A stretch of DNA of 52,907 bases, filler included, from Sphacelaria rigidula (lineage: Eukaryota), in assembly GCA_964200075.2 (NCBI GenBank). It is 3 parts of 3 records of this genome, joined end to end, with 100 filler letters (N's around TTAATTAATTAA, not from the genome) between each part and the next. Parts side by side here need not be neighbours in the genome. Positions count along the whole stretch, not along the records: positions 17,679 to 35,243 come from CAXNAA020001040.1; 2 more parts are not named here. One strand, 5' to 3'. Of this stretch, positions 21,835 to 32,403 are shown piece after piece. The notes under the pieces are model-generated. The model saw only the letters and a program-made list of their open reading frames with translations. It was not told the DNA's origin and did not search any database. Made by a program: the position numbers and the translations under genes. Within the stretch, counting starts at the first letter, position 1. Each line of letters begins with the position of its first letter.

Positions 21835-24800
21835 CTGAGGATAAACGGGTCGATCGGTGGGTGGGTGCGGTGAGTAGGAAGGTGGGTGCGGTGAGTAGGA
21901 AAGTGGGCGGGGTGAACATGTTTACCGTCGAGTCAGTTCATGAAAATTTCAACACTTGTACCCAAAAGCGAGTACACGTGCGGAACATAAAACCTGTGTG
22001 CATTCCATTGGAGGGTTTTCACACCGAGAGTTGTTACTGTGTGCTACTTGGTGTGCTCATGGCGGGATGGGAATGAGCCTCAAATAACTCTCGGTAAGAC
22101 TGAGACGCTGGTTACGGAAATCGAGAGGCAGAAAACATTCGAACATCCAGTCTTTTTACATTTCGTCTGCAATGGTTGAATGGACAACCACAGGACAGAA
22201 AGTGCAACACAGTATCTCCACGTCTGTTGTCCCCATGAGCCTTAGCTGAGTCGACAAAAAGGCAGACGCTCAACCAGTAAAATTCTTCAAGACAGACACG
22301 AGCAGACCCAAGCACACCTGATACTGGGGAGCGAACTTCCAGATGCAGTAGTAGTACTCCACCACGCGCTTTTTGCTCCACCCAAGCGTACTCTGTACAG
22401 CATTCAGATCCCGCCCATACCGCATGAACGCATCATTGGCCTGCTTCGTATCTTCTCGGCTGAAACCCTGCGCATCCGCGTCCCTCCCAGCGCTCCCCGC
22501 CCCACGACCAGCCCCTCCAACCCCCCCCGCCACCGATGAGCGCGACCCTCCAGGCAAAGTCACGGCACCAACCCTGCCGCCACTAGCATCACTGCCACCA
22601 CTGCCGCCGTCGTTGCTGCTACCAACCGCAACAAATGACGAGGACGACGACGCCCCGCCACGCCAAGGCAACGCCGAGCGGGCAGAAGTAGGCTCGATCA
22701 ACCTCGCGGAAGAACTCGAAGGCTGCTTCTCCACGCGAGAATGGCGAGTTGTCCGAATGCCTAGCCCTTCCACCTGGATGCCCAGTCGAACCGTGAGCAT
22801 CTGTGCAGCCCGGTCGACATCGTGTCTACACGTCTGCAGCACAAGCATCGCTTTCTCAAGGTGCGCCGGTGCCACCCGCTCGAGTAGAGTGCCGTCCCTA
22901 TCCCACATCGCCTTCTCCAACCGCGCCAACCGTTCGCCAGCTGCGGCGGCGACAGCATCGTTATTTTTCGTTCCATCCGCTGCGGCTGTTGCTGCGGGTT
23001 CGACCCCTCGAGGTCTCGGCCCCGCGCGCGGGTCCCACACGAGTTCCGCCACATCATCCAAGGACAGATCAGGGATAGGACCCTTGCTATTTCCAATTTG
23101 CCGTGATGCGCCTTCACGAATAGTGTTCCTATCACCGTTTGTTGTGCCGCGGTCGCCACCACTTCGAGGCACAACCAGGGACACATTCGGCGTAACAGCC
23201 GCCGTAGGAAGTTTGCGCTTCCGATTCGCCGTGGCCTCGCTCGCGGGGATCACCAAGGACTGCGACATCGTCGAGGGTAGACTCACCGTTGCACTTGTAC
23301 TGCAACTACTACCTTCATCACTATCAACTGCCGATCGCGTGTCGACCACCTGTCCTGCTGCTTCAGGTTTTTCATCCACCCAACCCGGCACGGGTGCAGC
23401 AGAGGTCGAAGGAAAGGTTGGAGATGGCAAAGCAGGCGATGAAACGCGCATACTTTCAACGCCGGCGGACGCAGCTTGAACGGTTGCGATCGGTGTTTGT
23501 AGCAGCGAATGTACTGGTCCAGGGACAGGAGAAGCAGAAGGACCGAAAGCAGATGTTTGTAACATTCCCTCCCCATCACCAGCCGTAGTATTCACCTTGG
23601 ACGAGAACAGATCACCTGGTCCGTACCCGTACCCGTTGCCTGAAACCGCGGGGACTGGGGTCTCATTTGTTTCCAAAGGTATTTCGTTTTGTGTCCCGAC
23701 TTTTGAGCACTGCTTGGACGGCGAACGAGGCGATAGCATGGGCTTGATACCGATAGAAGAACTCTGACTAACATCGGCCACAGGTGTATCGACTCTAGCT
23801 TGCGTGGCTGCTGCAACCGTGGTCCCCTGCGCCAGTATACCTGAGAGCTTGTTGTTCACGCTCTCATCATCGTTGTTGCTAACATCGAGATGATCTTCAA
23901 TTGACGGCAGTACGGTTCTGGCGTGCACGGTCATTCCTGCGAAGGAACCAGTCGAAATGGATTCTGTTTTCCTGTGCATGACAGCATCGATATCGCTCGA
24001 GCCCTCGATAACTTCACCTTCGGACTCTTTGCCCTGTTGATCAGTAATCGATGAGACAGCTAGTCTTTCTTCCGGATTCGGGCTCAACGCTTCACTAGAT
24101 GTCTTTGTGTCCGGAGTCTCAGGATCCGTGTCAGGCAGCGTGTTCTGAGACGCCGTGCTGGCCGAGGGCTGTTCGACGTTTACTACCTGGCATACAGTGG
24201 TGGCCGCGCTGCTAGCGATAACCGCTCCTTCAACAATCCTCATGTCTCTGGCGGAACTAGATTCCTCGATGTCCGCAGTTGCATTATAGTTTCCACTTGT
24301 TGTCCCCCTACACGCATCAGGTGCAACGCCTGATGAGGAGTGATTGTCCGGTCCCACCGGTGACAGCGTAGCGGTGTCTTCTTCCACTGAACCACTCTTA
24401 CATTGCCCTACTGATGGAGCAGCAGAAACTACAGCAGCAGCGGCTGCAGCGGCTCCATCCCCACCACTGTTACCACCACCGCCACGAGCGGTGTAAGCGG
24501 CGCCCTGCTCGCATTTCATTCCATCTTCCAGCTTTCCGGGTGTGCTATGGTCATCGCTCGGACTGGCCGGTCCGGCAGAAGGCAATACAACCGCCCCACA
24601 TCGCCCGCCTGCCACTTTTTCCACTGTAGCCTTAACTGCTACACAGATGACCTCCGCCACATTACGTGCTCCTTCGTCCACTGCACCTAATGTATTTTTA
24701 GCGATATCTGAGCCAGTCGCTGGAGGAGCTACCGGGGGTGGAGGGCGCCACGGTCGCGACGGCGGGGGCAACGGGGGCAACCGCGAAACCTGGTGCTCTT

Positions 24801-27800
24801 CACCGATAAGAGGCTCGTGATACTTTCCTGCCATCTGTAGTCTGCGTCGCGCGAGCAGGGCCTTGTCCCACTCACTTCCCCCTCCAGCCTGAGCACGATA
24901 ACAACCAATCGAATGAGACGTTCGGGTGTTAAGAGTGTATGCATTTCAGCCCTGACGCTAATATGCCGCATATTCAGAGTCACTGCTGCTCTGCGCAATT
25001 TGTAAAAATCGACAGTTCCAACGAAGCAGCACACACCTGTCACCAGATGATGGCTTTCAACACAACATCCCTCATCTTTTTGACACCCATCGACCATATT
25101 TTCCACAAACGCAGCCATCCGTGGTGAGACTAAAGGGTTGCACTTAACACAGGAGGTCTATCCATCGTTAGAACCACAAAGCAAGCCAGAAGTACGCACC
25201 TGCACCTCAACAGTACAATCACGGGACACCAAACAACATCAGCCACGGGACCGGTCGGGAACAAGGAACTTTGAAACTGAGTACTGAGCCAATTTAGTCG
25301 GCGCTTCACATACCGTGCCAGGCAGCCCGAGTTTCCCCTGCAGCTGCCCTTGCAGCTGCTGAGCAAACATCTTGTTTCGCGGAACCCTCACGGGCAGCCC
25401 TGTCGGAGGCGGTGGGATGTAGCCGTCCTTAATGGGGTTCAGCGGGGTGTCCGCTCCATTCATGTACACGGCTGCTCGGTTGTAGGCGTACGACGCGTCG
25501 TCCACTGCGCAGGAAGTTGTCAATGGGTGATGCGTCATAGGGGTACAGGATCCAATGGGGTTGGCGCGGGGCGCTCGTGGCGGAGGTGAAAGCACAAGTG
25601 GAAGGAAGCAACGTCCGTGAGGGCTACAACTATCTAGCTTTCAAACAGACAGGCTGGTGCGGTAAGCGAGGAGTTGAGGTCAGCTCACGAGAGCTTGGTA
25701 GCTCACGAGACGCGGTCGTGAAAGGCTGAGCAAATGTATCAAGAGCCTGCGGGCGTCTCCGCTCGGTGAGGTGGTCCAGGGGACATATTCCAGATAGGAG
25801 CAAGGAGCTAAGGCAGACCACTCACATCTTTCAAAGAACCCCAAATGCCGCTTCTTGTTCCCCCACTGCATCTCTGCTCGCCACTGGTGAAAGCTCCGGA
25901 CCACTCCCTGCAACGCAGAGAAGCATCGCAACGCACAAGAGAGAAGGACACACAACAAGGAGGATATTCCTCGCGCGGCTGTAACTCGAGGCTATCCAGT
26001 CAAAATAGCGATAGAACTCTTGGGCCGTCATTAGGACCACGCTCCTGTGAAGCGGCGTTTGACAATCAAGGGCCTGAGAGCGCAAGAAGAGGGAAAGCAC
26101 ATCATTGTAATCTTCTCTGCAGATGCACACCTTCACCGTGTTCCCGTCAGCCCCGACGCCTTCGACTTCCACTTGCTCGTCTGCGGAAAAGTTACACACA
26201 GCCGCGTCCCCAAACAGGCTCAAAGCCTGCACAGCGAGCCGAAACGAGCAGGGGTAACAAGTGGGACACGGCGACGGTTTCCACTCAGATCACAGAAAGA
26301 GCCACGGACGTGAATAAACCAGATGCAATGCGCTGTACAAAGAGTGCCTGCAAAACCTGTCATTGGTGGTTTGTCTCTCAGCGTTACCGGAGGCGATAAT
26401 ATGACAGAAGGAAGGCTCATTGAGTGCAGCGAGTGGTGCCTTTTGGCCTAGTAACCGAGGAACGTTCGACACCTTTGCTGCCCGCTGCCACGCACTGCGT
26501 CATCGGATAGGCCGCAGCAATAAAGTCTCTATCTCGTAATCAGGTTGACAAAAGTTCGGAGTCTTTTCCAACCGAACTCCGCCTAAACTAGAATAGAGCA
26601 TGGCCGCTGTTCCTCGCTCCCCTCTACCCCAAATAGCGGAAGGGGCACGGCGAGTGGCAGACCAACCCAAAGGGAGAGTCACTCCCCACACCCCTTTCCC
26701 GCCCCCCGGGTGTGCTGACGCCCGAAACTTCTCCCTGTCGCCGCTGCACACAAAGCCATATCCCAACGGCCGTACCTTACGGTCGTACGCCCTCGCAGCA
26801 TCCTCAGCAGTCGGATAGAGTCCAGCGTCCACGGCTTGGTTTTTGTAGATCACTATTGCTCGGAATGCATCGTTCTCTGCCTTAACGCCGTGGTAAATCG
26901 TGGGTCTCTCCCCTAGTGCAGGCGATGCTGCTCTGCTCCCATCGTCCGCCGTGCGCCTCCGCTTGTTCAACTTCAGAGAATATGCAGGACCATTTTGGAC
27001 GCGTGCACGAAAATGCGAAAAAGCCATCGCTTGTTCAACAGACACCCTTCCAACACAAGCGTGTACTATTTCTGTTCTGTGTCACCAAGATATGCGAGGC
27101 AAATATGAAGCATGCATCTTGTCGTTCATTTCTTCCACGTGGACCAACCGTGTGTCTATGTACTTGCACTAGATCGAGGGCGAGTCTGTGTAGACCTTGA
27201 AAATCGACGCATGTCCTGTCCAACGGCATTCTAACATGTAACACGGCTACAGCACGCCTCATCTCGAAGACGCCAAATAGAATTTCGTTGGCAAGGCCCA
27301 TGAGGCTATCCGCGTGTCTATTGACTGCCAAATTTGTGACTGGTGCAACTTTGTAGTGTTTCGTATGGCGTGCCATGCGAGGTTTCCGCGCAGATCCGAC
27401 AGCGTTTGGTACTCGGTACATGCACCGATCGTATCTCACCATGTAGACTTCTCTCCAAGCCAGTGCTGGTTTGGGGGGGAACTGGAGCCATGACCCTTGG
27501 GGCAAATACACTACGCCAACATCGTGGGAGGAGGCGAGGTCCACAGCCCAGGGGGAAAAACAGAGCAATCGGCTGAGTTTATGTGCCTCGATGGCCAGTA
27601 GTATTTTTTGTTGACGGTGTCCGTTGTACCTATGCGTGCTGTGTCTCGCTCGGCATGGTATACATAAATACACACTATCAATTACATCACACCTGTCGTG
27701 CGGTGAGCTCTGCGGTGCACGCCGGGCATATCCACAGCTCCTCGGTCGGTGTCTGACCGGATTGGATAAAGGGCAACGAGCAGGATGACCAAGGGCGGGG

Positions 27801-30045
27801 ATGAGGGCCTAGATGCATGATCCACATTGAGTATATTCGTGCACATAGCCCAGCCCCGAATATTAAAACAGGGAAACGAAGTGCAAGAGTTCCAGGCGTG
27901 TGTATAGAAGCACCTCTCTCTACTCGGTGCAACGGTATCTGGGAGCAAGTGGCGCCTTGGCCTTCTTTGAAAAAACAGTTCCAGCCACGTGTGTCAAAAC
28001 AGGGGTGCCGGGGAAAGGATGATGGAGGGTTGTTTGAATTGCCCTACTCGCATATGTTCCATGAACGATGGCCCTACGTACGGGAGTATGCTACAAGAGA
28101 AATATGGCTAAATAGTAGCTGGTCCTGCTTTAGCGCAGGGGTCGCCGATTGCCCAGGTATCCCGTAAAGCATCGACAATACCCCCACTGAATAGCACTGT
28201 GGTATTAAATATATGATATAGAGCACACTTAATATCAAGCCATTCAACCGGCACTTTGGTTTGCTGAGGTTCCATCTGTTTTCTCTTGTTCCAGTCATCC
28301 CATCTCGCCGGCAACGCCACACGAATTACCCAATGACCCAACACCGGGCGCAAAGTTTGTCTTTCGCTTACCTCGCTTAGCTTGATACAGCCCAAGTGAT
28401 ATACCTGGACAGCGAGAAACGGCAGACACGTCACGGGCAGGGGTGGGGAGAGGAAATGAAGGATCGGTTGAACACTACACGGAAGCTTTGCTCGTGCTAG
28501 GGGCGCAAACACCAGGACCTGAACATATCCAGACGTTACCGAACGTTGAACTTTCGTGAGGTAGAACTGTGAACTTTATTATTCAATGTCAACGTCACCA
28601 TCGCTGCATGTCCATTACAGGGGGGAAACAGCTACGCAGCGTGGAGTCACTACCAAATATTATACCCCTTTGTGGACAATCAGCGCTCGTCAGTACAGTA
28701 CAAGAGCACAGCGATTCGTCCCTGTACGTCGTGGTCCTCTAAAGGTGTGAGCGACAGAGTATGCATACCATACATACGAGCTGTTTGCTCCTTGTAACCC
28801 AGCTGCCGAGATTATTATGAAAAACGTCTCCAGCGGTGCACTAGAGATCTACGATAATGTCCGCGACGGTGTAGCCCTACTGCCATAGCTACGGTCGAGC
28901 TGTAACGAGAGGATCGAGACCGAGACCGCTGATTCACCGGAGCCCACATCATACAGAGGCGGGCCAGCCGTCCTCGGTGGAATACGATCACTACGGGCAA
29001 CATTCGTCGGTAGTACACGGAAATAAGTCGCTCACCAAATTGCAGAAATCGCAGCAGAGAAGGGGGCCGCCTTTGTCGCACACCTCACAGATGTCGTTGT
29101 GGTCTGCCAGAAAGAGTCCCAGCAGAGCAAAGCAGGCGCCGGAAAGTAAACCGATACCGGATGAAGGTCACGAGGTTAGTCGATCGTATGCATGTGTGAG
29201 GCATCTGTGTTTTCTTGATGAATGCCACGACTTGACACTTGGTCGAGAGCGTTGTGGAGTCGTAAGCACCGTTACGACGGAAGATGATGCGGGATTTTTC
29301 ACCGGCCAGCCAAGTGTCGTTCATTGTTGCCGCCTTTTCCCTGCTGGCTTTACTGAATAGCAGGAACAGTAGGGAGGACTACTAATCCCACAGCGATCGT
29401 ATGGCATCCACGAGGGCGCGCATAGACTACGGGCATCGTCATGCCCAGCTAGAGCAGCTCTGCCAGCACGTCCCCGACCACCCATGTACCCGCATGACGG
29501 TATGACCATAGCGGTAATGCAGAAACCAAACCAACCAGAGCGGCCGCCGTTGGGTCTGACAACAGCAGCGTAGACACACATCCCTCTCTCGATCGCTGTC
29601 CTCGCAGAAAACTGTACACTACAAATGCGGCGAAATCTCGCTCGCGCGCTCTACCTCCGTCGCTGTATCTCGCTTGCCTATACCCTCATATTGCTGCCAT
29701 GAACGTACCTCCTGTATACGGCTGCAACATGACCGTAAACTCGCCCAGCTTCGGGTCGACGATCCGGACGCGCTTGCGAGCAGGGGTGGACTTAGTCGTA
29801 GCGCCCCCACCTCCACCGCTACTGGCACTGCTACTGGCACCATTGTTCCTCTTGACGCCGCCGCCGGGGATGCCTTGTCCTACCGAACTCTCACCGGCGG
29901 TGCCCCCGCTGCTTGCACCAGCGCCGCCGGCCCCTCCTCCTCTTTCTCCGGCGGCGGCGCCGGTGCCACCTTTGGCGCTGGTGTTGGCAGCCTTTTTGCG
30001 GGGCACAGATGAAGAAGCTGTGGGTGGCGTCTTCGGTCGTAACGC
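21646..30045 (-). CDS. Multi-exon chromatin regulator / transcription factor: PHD - AP2 - AP2 - ELM2 - SANT (about 1355 aa, start uncertain)
   Basis: Manual model complement(join(21646-21834,22318-24834,25314-25504,25826-25907,26131-26226,26776-27046,27258-27481,27693-27752,28372-28404,29036-29103,29709-30045)) = 4068 nt. All junctions are in phase and the domains reconstitute across them. One junction needs a GC donor. A possible first coding exon is ATG CGC ACC|gtaggc at 30250-30258. Confidence 0.85.
22318..24834 (-). CDS. 2517-nt exon: split ELM2 domain, long low-complexity insert and SANT/Myb-like domain
   Basis: ctacag|ATG acceptor and CAG|gtgtgc donor. Motifs: PLIGEEHQVSRLP, ELVWDP, EKAMLVLQTCRHDVDRAAQML and FSREDTKQANDAFMRYGRDLNAVQSTLGWSKKRVVEYYYCIWK. 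Confidence 0.9.
25314..25504 (-). CDS. Exon: helix of the second AP2 domain (DDASYAYNRAAVYMNGADTPLNP)
   Basis: gcgcag|TG acceptor (phase 1) and ACG|gtatgt donor. Confidence 0.8.
25826..25907 (-). CDS. Exon: beta strands of the second AP2 domain (GVVRSFHQWRAEMQWGNKKRHLGFFER)
   Basis: ttgcag|GGA acceptor and AGA T|gtgagt donor; AP2 GV...W.A......HLG.F pattern. Confidence 0.85.
26131..26226 (-). CDS. Exon: end of the first AP2 domain (ALSLFGDAAVCNF) and linker
   Basis: gtgcag|GCT acceptor and AAG|gtgtgc donor, both phase 0. Confidence 0.85.
26776..27046 (-). CDS. Exon: first AP2 domain (YHGVKAENDAFRAIVIYKNQAVDAGLYPTAEDAARAYDRK)
   Basis: AP2 signature TAEDAARAYD; AAG|gtacgg donor; acceptor less certain. 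Confidence 0.85.
27258..27481 (-). CDS. Probable exon between PHD and AP2 (FPPKPALAW...FGVFEMR) with a GC donor
   Basis: ctccag|TTC phase-0 acceptor; ATG AG|gcgtgc restores phase with the next exon; open frame. Confidence 0.5.
27693..27752 (-). CDS. PHD exon 3 (TPTEELWICPACTAELTARQ)
   Basis: ggtcag|ACA acceptor and CAG|gtgtga donor; W.CP.C motif. Confidence 0.85.
28372..28404 (-). CDS. PHD micro-exon, 33 nt (VYHLGCIKLSE)
   Basis: gtccag|GTA acceptor and GAG|gtaagc donor; H..C zinc ligands. Confidence 0.85.
29036..29103 (-). CDS. PHD exon 1 (DHNDICEVCDKGGPLLCCDFCNL)
   Basis: tggcag|AC acceptor and TTG|gtgagc donor; C..C..GG.LL.CD.C motif; absent from the supplied ORF track. Confidence 0.9.
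29709..30045 (-). CDS. N-terminal Gly/Ser-rich exon with basic NLS-like motifs (PRKK, RKRVR)
   Basis: ttccag|GCG acceptor; GGA G|gtacgt donor in phase with PHD exon 1. Confidence 0.8.
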
Positions 30046-30985
30046 CTGGAAATTTCGCAAACGGCGGCAGCATGTCGGTAAGTTAAGAGAATTAGCGACA
30101 GTAAGGGATGAGAGTGATGCTGATGGAGTATAGGGGGGGGAAAATAGAGCGTGACATTTACACTCTTCAAGTCGACATTAACAAACTATCATACTCAGTC
30201 GCACTACTCGGGCCAACTTGATTTCACACGAGGTTCTTTACGTGCCTACGGTGCGCATTGGACACACAAGATCTTCGACCAAGGGAGGCCCCAATCAGGT
30301 GGTAAATCCTTAACTGAAGGGCTCTAGCCTTTCCATAGTCCGGGGAAATACGACCAGCTGTTTTTCGGTGTAGGGAGGTACGCGAGGCTACCAGAGGCAA
30401 CGATAGTTGTGGAAGTCCCAACAACAGGTGGTACCGGACCATCACCCGACCCAACACCACCACAACGCATCGGCACAATAACTAGCCCCCTGTCCCGATG
30501 AGGACGCAGTTCTGGTATCAAACTGGTCACGAGGACACATGTTAGCCATCCATAGTTCGCGCAAAGGCGGCGCGCGCGTGATTATCAGCGATAGCACGTC
30601 CGACGTCTCGCGGACGACCGCGGGCGCACGTGGGCGCACACGAAAATTCACATATGTAGAGTCTGAGTTGAGGTGCTCAAAGTTTTTTGCCAACACATAC
30701 CACTCACATTTTTAGTGTCTGTCGGTGGAGCACGCTGAGGGAGCGCAGGGCGTTGGTGAGTCGGGGCGTGCTGGACCCCCGAATCCATCCTGAGCGCCAT
30801 TTATGGCCTAGATATATCACAGAGGTCTTATCGAATGGAAACAAGACTAACGAAGCGATCACTTCGTACCACACTAGGATCGTGTTAGGGTAAATCATTC
30901 AGTACCCGCAATCCACGGACGACTAGGGGGGCCAAGGGGTAGACGAGAAGTAGGGCACCTCTAGCACTACAAGACTGAGATAGAG

Positions 30986-31210
30986 ATGCCGTTCACTGCA
31001 AGAAATTCTCTACTTGCACTGGCAAGCCTGACTGCTGTGTGTGGGCTGAAGTTCGACCTTGGCCTTACCGCCGAGAGCAGTAGTAGTTGTTTGTCATTGA
31101 AGGACGCAGACATTTGCCGTGCCGGCAAGGATGACGAGACCGGGGAAAAGTGTGTTTGGTGCACGTGCAAGGCTGTCCCTTCTGAGTGCTTGAGCTCATC
31201 GCTAGCGAAG
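30986..31210 (+). CDS. First exon of a putative secreted Cys-rich protein; downstream exons not identified
   Basis: MPFTARNSLLALASLTAVCG resembles a signal peptide; Cys cluster C...C...CVWCTCKAVPSECL; AAG|gtatgt donor at 31211. Confidence 0.65.
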
Positions 31211-32265
31211 GTATGTTCGTCTATGTGTGTTTGTTTGTATCTGCGACCATCAGTGCATACGTGCGTGTGTACGTGCTCACACGCGATCGTGTCTGGTGTG
31301 TTCACACGACTCGGATGCCGTAGCATCATCTGAGAATTGATACAACCGATCAAGGGAGACAGGTAAAACCGCTGTGATTCTGGCGGAAGTACGCAATATC
31401 CGGCCTTTCCGGAACTCAAAAGCAAGGAGAAATTTCAATTGTGGTGAGAAAACTGGTATCTGTTGTGGGAGTCAACTTTGTGTACACTTAAGGGCTTCCA
31501 TCAACAACTTGAACAACGTTCGATGACGGGGTGAAGGGCGCATGTAAGCTACTGCCATCACAATTGCTTTGAATTATGCAGTGGAGTGCACCAACTTTTC
31601 TGACTGTCCCAACTCAAACTGGGTGTAGTAGTTGTGGTACGAACGAATGCCCATCCCTCGTGATCATAGTCATACCGTAGTGGTGTACGGCTTATACATA
31701 GCTACGGTGATGCAGCTGCTTAGGTTCCCCGCGCGTAATAAATCAGTGCTGCCAGATGATGGAACGACATCTGACATCTGACAGAAATCGAAATTGTTCC
31801 GAAAATATCGGGAACGTGAAAGGGTCGGACGAATCATCGCTGGTTCGAATAAACAAAGCCACCATTTCTGAAGCCTGTTAACTCGAAAAGAGAGAAAAAC
31901 ATCGACCGCGGGTCGAGAACATCCTGTGCTACTTTTGCGCTCCTCCACGTGCCTGGAGTGCGCATACTTGGGGTGCAATGCCGACAGCAAAGCCCAAGGA
32001 TTGATGCGTACGGTGCGAGTCAATCTCACTAAAGGCAAATGATTTTTAGACAAATCATTATCCGTCCGATCCTGTCCGACCCTCGAACCTTCACTTTCGG
32101 CACCCAAGGAAAGTTTTCCTGCGAGCGACGGGATTTAGGCGCCGCTACGCGATGCAATCAACGAAAATACGGGCCCTCCAAACGTATCGATCCGTACCGG
32201 TGGAATTAGCGACCTTGCACCACTTCAGACCAGAGCGCGATCCTAGACTTTTCGCTCGAGGTTTG

Positions 32266-32403
32266 CACACCCTGGAAAATATAATACACAGTCAAAAATG
32301 GTACTGCATACAGTATCGACTATTGTGCCTATTGTAACAGACGGTAGATTCCTTACTGTACGCAGTACATTTTTCGACAATAGAATCTTCTGTCTAGGGT
32401 GTG
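32266..32403 (-). mobile_element. CACACCCTGG MITE, inverted relative of 15414-15550
   Basis: cacaccctgga...tctagggtgtg; the reverse complement aligns along its length with 15414-15550. Confidence 0.85.

Noticed and set aside
21056-21919. 287-aa minus-strand ORF
   Set aside because: Overlaps the last intron, last exon and 3' UTR of the PHD-AP2 gene in another frame. Its PTFLLTA repeat comes from a 21-bp intronic duplication.
22373-23479. 368-aa plus-strand ORF (and similar ORFs at 29699-30133 and 46488-47095)
   Set aside because: Antisense shadows of GC-rich minus-strand exons that carry the recognisable domains.
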